Source: a virus. Taken from it: DNA of 64,000 nt. The translations under genes were made by a program, and so were the position numbers. The stretch spans positions 1-64,000 of the IMG/VR virus record IMGVR_UViG_3300020430_000008. One strand, 5' to 3'. Positions 56,601 to 64,000 of this stretch are shown here, one piece after another (position 1 is the stretch's first letter; each line of letters starts with the position of its first letter). Below the pieces are notes generated by a model. The model had not been told where the DNA came from, made no database searches, and worked only from the letters and a program-made list of their open reading frames with translations.

Positions 56601-59600
56601 ATGCTGCGGTTGAAATCGAGCCCGAAAGTGTCGGGGCACTTTGATTGTCGGTCAAGCCATATCCAAAATGTAGAATCGGAGTTTCAAGCTTAGTTTGAAT
56701 AACCCAAGCTGAGTTTCTGGCGGTAGTTTGGTTTGAGTCTTGCACAGTTTGGGGCAAGCCAGTCGTTGCATCATAAGCAACTTCCTTAATTTGCGTTCTG
56801 CCCTTAATGTTTACAGCAGCATCAATCTGCATTGCGTTAACATTGATTGCATAACCTTGTGGTCCGATTGTTCCCCAGTCGCCATATGCGCCGGAAACGT
56901 AATCAAGTTCGTATCTCAAGAAATTGATAGTTGACTGTTCCCAAATATCATCAAGGTAATGTTTACCGGTACGAGTAGGCTTGAACGTAATGAATGCCCA
57001 AGCTTGACCATCATAGTAAGGCGGGGTGAACGGAGCATTATATCCAGTTGTTCCATCTTTCATGCCATGTGTTGTTCCGTGGTGCCATGAGACCTTTCCT
57101 ACAGTTCCAGAGCCGGGGACATGAGAACCAGCAGGAACATCTGCATCTGACGTTGCGCCATAAGACATAGACATGGGAGCGACAGAGCCTGTGTAAATAT
57201 AGTGCAATTCTGGTTCGAAGGCATACCCACCCGCACACGGCGGTCCAAATGCGCTTGGGCGACTGTACATCGTGATTGTCTCTGGCGCATCGTTCTGCGG
57301 GCGCGGGTACAGTGACTCTTCTCTGCTATAATTAACACCGTCTGGGCTTCTATATAAATCAATCATGTAGCCCGGTCCAGTACCGCCTTCAGAGCCAAAC
57401 CCCATTCGTTCCATTTGAATATAATCAGTCGTGTAGCAAGGCTGGTACCCGCCGTTGAAGACCAACGTTCCACTGTTACTGTTGTCAAGTGCCGTAGTTG
57501 TAAGCGGCTTGAGTGGACCACGATGGTTTTGCCAATGATTACTCGCGCTTGGCGTCAGCTTGCGCTTAGCTAAAGCCTGAGACTTCCAAAGCTTAACCAT
57601 CATTCGGTACTCAGGAATAACTTGTTCTCCGTTGTGAACAACAGCCGAAACTTGTCCAAAGTTGTTATCTGACTCAGGCAGAGACACAAACGATTGCATA
57701 GACTGTTCAGCCAAGTAAAAGTTTGGAATCTCAGCCAAGAAGTTGTGCATCATCATTTTGTACAAAGGATCACCTTGACCGTTCCACGAAGCTGTAACAT
57801 TAATAGATGCGCTTGGGTGTGGCTCCATATCAATCAACGGCACATTAGTAAGGTATTTCTCTGGCTCAACCAATGTCTCAAACGGAAGCCTGTTATCGAA
57901 ATACTCATTTAAGATTTGATAGTTTCTACCGCCGTCGCGATCAACAGATGCAGTAGTAGCAAGCTTTCTGTGAAGGACCGGGTAGTCTACCGCAATGCCC
58001 GATTTGATAGTGTTGAAAAGAATACCGGGTGCCATAAACGGACCATAGAACGGACGCTTAGCAGCAGCAGGATTGCGACCGTGAGTTTCATAACCTTCTG
58101 CGGTTAGTTTGCCAGAGCCGCCAACGCGCTGGTTTGTTGGATCCTGAATCTGATCAATGTCAAAGTTGTATGCGCTAAAGTCTTCGTCACTGTAAAAGTT
58201 TGCGCGCGCAAAGCCGGCATCGATCGTGGCGAGAGCCGACTCACCATTCTCAAAGTTTTTCCAACTAGTTATAGACCCGAAGAAGCTGGAAGGGGAGCCT
58301 TCTGTCGATGTAATTCCTTTTGTTCGAAACTGGCATGCGTTCCCGGCTGTACCGGGTGTGCCGTCCGCGTCTGGGGATCCATGATCTGTTTCGTACATGA
58401 TTTTTATCGCGACTTGGAACCCACCGATGAGGCTAGCCTGATAGGGCGCGTAAACATTTATATATCCGTTGCCATGGGCGTCGTTGATCGCGTTGCGCAG
58501 GACCGTTGCCGTAATATAAGGACGATTTAGTAACACGTTATTGTCTACTGTATTCATAACAGGACCACGCCATCTATAAAGCTTGTTGATGCCGGAGTAG
58601 CTATCCGGTACAGGAGAGATCTCTGCAAAAGAGTTAAAACTTCTCGCCGTGTCATACTCAAATCTTACAACTACATCATCATCATCCTTAATGTCAAAAG
58701 AATTGCCGTCATCAAGCTCGAAGTAACTATTCCATTTTAAATAAATGAACCCGTATGCTGCAACATCGGAGCTATTACCTCCTGTATAACCCAAAAAGCC
58801 GCCGTGGAATCCAAGTTCAGCGGACCACTCGAAAGGACTGAAAGCAAACCATGGAGTCGAATCCGAGCGCGCAGATCCGAATGCGTCGAATGTATTACTA
58901 ACAGAGCCGGATGTGTCTGCACGTACGAAGGACGAGGGCAAATCATTGATACCCAGATCTGACTCAAAAGTTACATGTTCATCATAACTATCAATAAACT
59001 GCTTGCACAGATCAACTGTACGAAGTTGCGGATAGAACCCTTGATATGGCAAGAACTTCACAACAGCATCGCAAGTCAAGGTAAGCTCGTAAGGTTCTGC
59101 AATGCCAGCATTTTCTGTCTTGATTGCATCTAACAGGCTGGCATTTGCGGTCACAGCATAATCACTCATAAAGGAGCCTGTGATGGTGCCAGCGATAGAC
59201 GTTGTGTCTGACGAACTGGTGAGTGCGCCGACAGAAGAGCTTGGGTTACCGTGAATCGAAAGCCATTGCGAATCTCTTGAAGTGAACCGACCCTGCTTAT
59301 CTAACACAAAATATGGGATTCTATCACTGATTCGATATTCTGGCAAGACTTGACGATCTTGTGATTTGCCGCGAAGCTCTTCAAACCACTTAGCGTAGTT
59401 TTCGTAAAACGGAGCCTTGCCTGATTGCTCGGGAGCCTTCCACTTCCAATCACTCACATACAAACCTTCAACGTCGTGTCCGATAGATCTTGTTAGTTGC
59501 GACACGATTCTGTCGCCAAAGTTAAGAACCGCACTGGCAATCGAAGATGTGAATGGGATAGTTGCTTTGTTGGTGTCTAACGCAGTAAAGAACGGCGCGA

Positions 59601-62600
59601 TGCCATCGCCCTTACCGTATGAAGCCGCGCCGCTAAGTGTTGCGGTTTCAGATGTAAAGTTAAATCTTCTACTGTATGCTGCCTTGCCAGCAGATGGCGA
59701 GCAATAACTGTCACGCCCAACAAGCATATGGGGGCGGGCATAACTAGGTCCGAATGCCATACCAGCAGCCGGTCCTTCGACGTAACGTTCAGTAATTTCG
59801 TTTTGAAACAAATCTTCTTTGTAAATACCAACCTGTTGTGCGATATCGTTGAAATCATCTTGCGACAATGTACTAGAAGACACTACAGCAGCACGATTAA
59901 GGTTATTAATGTATTCTGCGTCGAATCCATATGCCATACCATTATGAAACCAAGTGTGTTGATTTTGCAAAATACCGGGTGCGCCCAAAGTATATGCGTC
60001 TGTAACGCCCACATTCATAGTAAATGGCTCAGACCTGTTAATATTAGCTGCAGAGGCTGATGCTCGATATTGGGCTGGTCCAATTCCTATTGTCCCTTGA
60101 TACCCGGCTATTGTTCCAATGTCAACAGCGCCATCCATTGGCCATACACTTGCTGAAGCTCTAAGGGCAACTTTGTTTTCTGCTTTTAAGGCTTCTTGGA
60201 TTTCGCCCTCAGAAACCTCGAATGCGTCTACAAAGTGCCATGCACCACCGCGATAAATGGTTCTGCGGAAATTGGCACCGTCACCACGACTGAACTTCCA
60301 TACTCCGCGAGCGTTTCTCGTATCGGGATGATCATAATAAGTTCTTCTACCAACGGGATCAACAAAGCTGCGTCGTGAAGCGTGATCATCAGGGTCTACG
60401 TGAACAGCACTTTCATCAGCAGCCCAGAAGCCCGCAACATAGTTGGCGCGTTTGCGCATATCGGTGTGTGAGGCATGATGTGATTGGGGGAATACGGTTT
60501 CGCGGTATGTTAAATCAACCAGCGTGTACGCATCATCACCGCCAAGATCTGTCATCTCTGTGTACATTTCATACAAATCATTGTATGCTGTTCTGTCTGT
60601 CTTAAAGTTGCGAAGCCCCACGTCTTCATTAAGCTGACTGTCGGGGAAGTATTTCAAGTTATTAACGTGTGTGACGTTTGCATATAACATCTTGTCAGGA
60701 TCAACAGAGTATGATACGCTAGGTGCGCTTGAAGGAGTGATGCCACCGGGTGACAGAAGATCTAATCCTTGAGCTACCTGCGCAGATGACCAAGTTGCGG
60801 TCAAAGCTCCCCTGTGAATTGCGGCGAGCATAGTCTTTGCGTTTGTTTCAACAACAGGCACGTAGTAATGGTGATGCTTTCTTTCTGCTGTGTTAATGTG
60901 CCCAAGTTTGCGGAATGCAGCAACAGCATCACTGCCTTGCATTCGACGTAAGGAGCGTACGCGCCCAACAAAACCGGGCTTTGGCGGTACTACTCTGTCA
61001 GAGCGCGGATCGACAACGACATAGCGGTTGTTTTTGCGCATAGTTTGCGCAAGTTCGTGTTCTCCACCGCGAATCTGTTTCCAAGTTGGATATCCATAAG
61101 GTCCATTACGCTTCCACATTAATGAATTGAAAATGCTGCCAACAGACTGTCTAATGGCATACTCTTCATGGTAATCTGTAGAATCAGTGTAGTTTGGACC
61201 GGTGAGTGAGACATCACTCCAGTAGCCGCTTGAGCCTGACCAGTATTGCGGCAAAATATCCCAACGAATAGGTTCGTTTCGCCACAGCCCAGTACCATCA
61301 TTATCTTGTACGAAAGCTCCTTGCAAGTAGAGCGGATCTTCGTTAGGCACGATAGAACTCAGCATAATGGCATCGCCGTTTTTGTCGCTGCTAAGCACCC
61401 TGAGTCCTTTGCCAAACTGAATTGCAAAGTTTACATAATTGTGTAAGTTGGCGATTCGGGATGCGTACGCAAAGCCGCCGCGACTTTCGCCTGTATTGTG
61501 TCCAATTGGGAGAGGATCGTCTGCTGGCAGAATACCGCCACTGGCGTAGAAGCCGAGCGCAACAGCACCTGAGCCGTCTGTTAGCCAGTTGTTTTGAGTC
61601 TCACGGATATTAAGGTTGAGCCTGTGAACATTAGGTATATGTTCTGTACCCAGCCCCTTGGCAATTCCAAAGTAGCGGAACCCTTGATCAGCACTAGTTG
61701 CGTGAGTGTCTTCGCCAGCAATTGAGCTACCTGCGTCAGAAGCACTAATGAAAATAATCGGATCGACTGGACGAGAACCTGATGGCGTGGGGTGGTTAAG
61801 TCCTTGGATGTTATACCCGTGACCTAAATTGAAGTATGTGGAGTTAGCTCCAGAAGGCGCTAAGGATGCGGAAATCCAAGCATATTGATATTCGTTTTGT
61901 GGAATCGGTCGCGTGACGTAATCGTTGTCATAAATGCGCTTTTCGACCTTTTCAGTGTTAATGCCGTGAAGCGGCGTCACATTACGATGCTCAAGTCTTC
62001 CATTTCTGTGAACCTTATGCCACGAAGGACTAACACCATAATCGTGTGAGTGGTCTTGAATCTCAGTGTCTTGTCCAACAACATTCTCGACACCGAATCT
62101 GCCAGATGGCATAGCACGCAATGAGCGCAGACCCAAACGTGGGTGGTGACTAGAAGAATGAATTTCTGCTTTTGTGCTTAAATACTCGCCACTCGACGAG
62201 CCCAAAACTTCAAGGTTACGCCATGGGTATGCATTATATACTGAGTATTCTTCTGCTGCTAAATCAAGAAAGCCCTTCGATTGGTTTCGTGGACCACCGG
62301 GAGCCGAGAACCTATTTGCAATAATAGTATTAAGGTTGGTGCTGCCCGACTCTCTGCTCTGGACTTGGAAATTGGTGTAAATAAACGCATGTTGGTCTTC
62401 ACCATCGCCAAAATCAGTCCTTCTGAGCTTTGGAATTATCTTGAAATGGATCTGCTGAGCGCCAGTCTGAGAGTAGTCAAAACTGGCGTGATTGATTTTA
62501 TCTTGCAAGTCATGAAGAAGCAAATTGCCATCTTGGTCTTTATCAGTCCAAAAACGTTGGGGCATAGTCAAAATTGTCTCAACATGAGTAGTAGCCAACA

Positions 62601-64000
62601 AATCAATGGGGCGTGCTCCGCTGTCGGCACCGGTACGCACCGAAGAGCTAACCTGACCTAACTTTGTGAGATCTGTGTCGTCTGGAGCGTACCAAGCTCC
62701 GTAATCTATTTCGCCGTCAACAACGCCATCGATAAGCTGCCATCTGCCGCCGACAGCAGGATTAGAGCCGATCTCGTATGCAGAGCCCGTTTGGGAAATA
62801 TTACGAACAGACTGGTTATCTCTTAAAAATGGCTTCTGATTTGAGCGACCAACCGTGTGTACAACCTCATAGTTGTGTCGGTAGTTACCAAGCACTGTGA
62901 TAGCCGAACCGGTTGCAATCTGCTCATGATAATGCTTTGTCCATGAAGACTCGTCATCGCCATCGCTAGCAATAACATCGACTCGATGCTCACCAATCAC
63001 AGCAGTCTTGGCAGACGATGTTACCATCTGAATATTTCTAATGTTTACCGGGCGCTTAGCAACTTCGTCACGATAGTAACGTCCACCAATCGGACGCCAG
63101 TGAATTGAATTGCCGCCGCCGCCGTCATCTGCTTGGAACGGATAAGGACCATGTGGGAAAGGATAATCAGGACCGGTCAGACCAACACCACCACTAGTCG
63201 CATGCAAGATACCCGACGATGTACTGAGCGCTGTATTGATCAGAACCAGCCAACCTTCCATACGATTCTTAAGAGTGTCTGTTCCATCGTTGATTGCTGC
63301 GTGTCTGTACTTGCGACCACCAACATACTTCTCTGTGAACGGTCCCTGCATTGGGGTTTCTTTGTCTTCACCGTATGTGTCAGTGTGCAAGTTGACTAAG
63401 TTGACGCCTCGACCAAGACCGCCAAGCTCTGTAGCTGTGGCAGAACCATCGTCATCGTCACCAGTGCGTGATTCGTGAAGTCCATATGCATGGCTTCTTT
63501 TGTTAATATATGTTCCTGCGTCAGTCGAGTGTCCGACGCCAGTGCCTCCACCCCAAACAGTCAGATCTTGGTTAATAAGCTTGGTATAACCTTCATTGAC
63601 ATCATCAGCGCTGGATGAAATGACGTTGAACGGCATGACCAAGTTGCCTCGGAAATGAATGTACGAGCCAGAGCCCCAGCTAGGAGTTGGCGTAACACCT
63701 TCTTGACCACCTTGAAGTGGTGTGCTCTCTAATCCGTTAGTTTCAAAAGTTGTAGACGAACCCGGTACTGAGCCTGTAAGGATGATCGAACGATTACCTG
63801 AAATGCCGGCTTCAGCTTGGGTCACCGTTACGAAGGGGAACGCACCACCAACTTCGCCAGTAAATGCTGCTGTGAGTTTGGGGTGATTATTTAAAGCTTC
63901 AAAAATCCGATAACCATACCCTTCACGCCATGAATCGCTGTTAATGCTCGCGTCGATTCTTTCAATTATTGGATTGTTAGCGTCTGTAAAGTCTTTTGCG
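53617..64000 (-). CDS. Giant (>3,460 aa) virion protein, 5' end outside the window
   Basis: The frame stays open from the track's GTG at 63825 to the window edge (AKDFTDANNPIIERIDAS...PFVTVTQAEAG); rich in Gly/Ser/Thr and aromatic residues. Confidence 0.8.
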   Translation of the reverse strand, partial: AKDFTDANNPIIERIDASINSDSWREGYGYRIFEALNNHPKLTAAFTGEVGGAFPFVTVTQAEAGISGNRSIILTGSVPGSSTTFETNGLESTPLQGGQEGVTPTPSWGSGSYIHFRGNLVMPFNVISSSADDVNEGYTKLINQDLTVWGGGTGVGHSTDAGTYINKRSHAYGLHESRTGDDDDGSATATELGGLGRGVNLVNLHTDTYGEDKETPMQGPFTEKYVGGRKYRHAAINDGTDTLKNRMEGWLVLINTALSTSSGILHATSGGVGLTGPDYPFPHGPYPFQADDGGGGNSIHWRPIGGRYYRDEVAKRPVNIRNIQMVTSSAKTAVIGEHRVDVIASDGDDESSWTKHYHEQIATGSAITVLGNYRHNYEVVHTVGRSNQKPFLRDNQSVRNISQTGSAYEIGSNPAVGGRWQLIDGVVDGEIDYGAWYAPDDTDLTKLGQVSSSVRTGADSGARPIDLLATTHVETILTMPQRFWTDKDQDGNLLLHDLQDKINHASFDYSQTGAQQIHFKIIPKLRRTDFGDGEDQHAFIYTNFQVQSRESGSTNLNTIIANRFSAPGGPRNQSKGFLDLAAEEYSVYNAYPWRNLEVLGSSSGEYLSTKAEIHSSSHHPRLGLRSLRAMPSGRFGVENVVGQDTEIQDHSHDYGVSPSWHKVHRNGRLEHRNVTPLHGINTEKVEKRIYDNDYVTRPIPQNEYQYAWISASLAPSGANSTYFNLGHGYNIQGLNHPTPSGSRPVDPIIFISASDAGSSIAGEDTHATSADQGFRYFGIAKGLGTEHIPNVHRLNLNIRETQNNWLTDGSGAVALGFYASGGILPADDPLPIGHNTGESRGGFAYASRIANLHNYVNFAIQFGKGLRVLSSDKNGDAIMLSSIVPNEDPLYLQGAFVQDNDGTGLWRNEPIRWDILPQYWSGSSGYWSDVSLTGPNYTDSTDYHEEYAIRQSVGSIFNSLMWKRNGPYGYPTWKQIRGGEHELAQTMRKNNRYVVVDPRSDRVVPPKPGFVGRVRSLRRMQGSDAVAAFRKLGHINTAERKHHHYYVPVVETNAKTMLAAIHRGALTATWSSAQVAQGLDLLSPGGITPSSAPSVSYSVDPDKMLYANVTHVNNLKYFPDSQLNEDVGLRNFKTDRTAYNDLYEMYTEMTDLGGDDAYTLVDLTYRETVFPQSHHASHTDMRKRANYVAGFWAADESAVHVDPDDHASRRSFVDPVGRRTYYDHPDTRNARGVWKFSRGDGANFRRTIYRGGAWHFVDAFEVSEGEIQEALKAENKVALRASASVWPMDGAVDIGTIAGYQGTIGIGPAQYRASASAANINRSEPFTMNVGVTDAYTLGAPGILQNQHTWFHNGMAYGFDAEYINNLNRAAVVSSSTLSQDDFNDIAQQVGIYKEDLFQNEITERYVEGPAAGMAFGPSYARPHMLVGRDSYCSPSAGKAAYSRRFNFTSETATLSGAASYGKGDGIAPFFTALDTNKATIPFTSSIASAVLNFGDRIVSQLTRSIGHDVEGLYVSDWKWKAPEQSGKAPFYENYAKWFEELRGKSQDRQVLPEYRISDRIPYFVLDKQGRFTSRDSQWLSIHGNPSSSVGALTSSSDTTSIAGTITGSFMSDYAVTANASLLDAIKTENAGIAEPYELTLTCDAVVKFLPYQGFYPQLRTVDLCKQFIDSYDEHVTFESDLGINDLPSSFVRADTSGSVSNTFDAFGSARSDSTPWFAFSPFEWSAELGFHGGFLGYTGGNSSDVAAYGFIYLKWNSYFELDDGNSFDIKDDDDVVVRFEYDTARSFNSFAEISPVPDSYSGINKLYRWRGPVMNTVDNNVLLNRPYITATVLRNAINDAHGNGYINVYAPYQASLIGGFQVAIKIMYETDHGSPDADGTPGTAGNACQFRTKGITSTEGSPSSFFGSITSWKNFENGESALATIDAGFARANFYSDEDFSAYNFDIDQIQDPTNQRVGGSGKLTAEGYETHGRNPAAAKRPFYGPFMAPGILFNTIKSGIAVDYPVLHRKLATTASVDRDGGRNYQILNEYFDNRLPFETLVEPEKYLTNVPLIDMEPHPSASINVTASWNGQGDPLYKMMMHNFLAEIPNFYLAEQSMQSFVSLPESDNNFGQVSAVVHNGEQVIPEYRMMVKLWKSQALAKRKLTPSASNHWQNHRGPLKPLTTTALDNSNSGTLVFNGGYQPCYTTDYIQMERMGFGSEGGTGPGYMIDLYRSPDGVNYSREESLYPRPQNDAPETITMYSRPSAFGPPCAGGYAFEPELHYIYTGSVAPMSMSYGATSDADVPAGSHVPGSGTVGKVSWHHGTTHGMKDGTTGYNAPFTPPYYDGQAWAFITFKPTRTGKHYLDDIWEQSTINFLRYELDYVSGAYGDWGTIGPQGYAINVNAMQIDAAVNIKGRTQIKEVAYDATTGLPQTVQDSNQTTARNSAWVIQTKLETPILHFGYGLTDNQSAPTLSGSISTAAFSESNGYHHGYAGLCEPIGMWHQYGEIPSASQGIYLEVSDIPLSYLQNGTEMTIPNPKWLHITGSPDFNAGAGANIVKWGDGADGSGDPVIYRGGLDWDGHQSGTFTDSIVNGGSASKRLLLGMGYRQSGSFSGSEQAYVVGRDTIRFPDKVADGTLERGGRQQYMRWRLMSTGSLAGIIADHTHLQILSADDGTILDTTWGVTLHPNASTPGLSGSNMPAFERGFYIDASVTGSNIMSGSAHAGGDNVVHGDGEYGPPAHADQMTYLNRGYPGTSSLRQKLMGIGKLPSTYSEDANRAIQLMGIPFRNYYTQWKFDVPNNPNVDKKNLAASYQSELHKNKRGVIPNPPHFSNNISTGSFGDALGATLYTHQLMNTHPYQTCKIGYSVYYFENTGSHNTHLNTVTHKGPGTGRGLPANGFEAGAADYQVPLSNSIGVGRAEIICGYTGSEGIYGVDADGNFEKAIAPRYERYARSIDSPLSGNHPRYPNTNFAYSGYTHGETSYQRYASDYYGEAAGSASNKSNVFGFHNDTVASDATEAGDLQDIYPLGMMGYAQGSTHNEEIERMDPIKLWYTNPVHIANLRYADNLYRHPNGGGGSVTHAGTDSTLDYFSSEKIMAKFPDLEAALNSPRTVPSGKFLPRAGVPALTRSLGSLVGFNIGAKKLGQVAETKKVKEAVIVMPYVMAGPNRSRRRFVELNRDQIDRYFGRNDFSNTAYWASLEKLRGLEGTAVSPVSGLQVNLGASVLRQITLMQDYIIPPHLDFTRTTTAKPYAMYIFEYEHEFSAQDLADMWQGLYPDSGKIMKQVTKQVSHKLNVLELLGAAAEDGGDLPNQLRFMVFKVKQRAEINYFAQTTDSLDDDRFKFKFKAGEARRATEYSYNWPYDFFSLVETAKIDMSVTLRNKKLIENIQLQELNERLELGTRASSIADLSLRSSTSMSIISISETTVRTAARNATTSMATAAISATYGTPSPAAGVTPSSGPTLSGPTRGGY

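Noticed and set aside
126-63478. Numerous plus-strand ORFs of 60-420 aa (e.g. 4281-5552, 10773-11639, 36863-37597)
   Set aside because: They are antisense shadows of long minus-strand genes, with no SD sites or recognisable motifs.
1-64000. Genome-wide stop-codon reassignment
   Set aside because: Genes are full length under the standard code, and TAA, TAG and TGA all end genes at sensible positions.

Overview
The window is a 64-kb piece of a large T4-like (myovirus-type, contractile tail) bacteriophage genome. Every credible gene is on the minus strand, and the many plus-strand ORFs are antisense shadows. In transcription order (right to left) it holds: (1) a baseplate/fibre cluster with a giant >3,460-aa virion protein running off the right edge, two ~1,100-aa unknowns, paralogous baseplate-like proteins and a J-domain co-chaperone; (2) a small DNA-metabolism island (RuvC-like resolvase, primase, Mre11-Rad50/SbcD-SbcC fusion); (3) a holin/spanin-like membrane cassette; (4) the head module (terminase, portal, prohead protease, a phage-encoded ribosomal protein bS21, a 1,846-aa fibre, scaffold, major capsid protein); (5) neck proteins, a repeat-rich fibre, sheath, tube, a gp26/gp51-like chaperone pair, tape measure, tube initiator, a LysM/gpX-like protein and a hub-like gene running off the left edge. 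The most interesting signals are: an unannotated 22-aa Cys peptide ending GC-UGA plus a hairpin, exactly in frame with the prohead protease and next to a CxxC membrane protein; a [S/T]-G-S motif enriched in many outer virion proteins but absent from enzymes, portal and tape measure; a probable +1/-2 frameshift in the tail chaperone; an extended bS21 among late genes with strong Shine-Dalgarno sites; and a recurrent ACTANTTA late-promoter-like motif. All functional calls come from motif recognition and synteny. No database searches were run.
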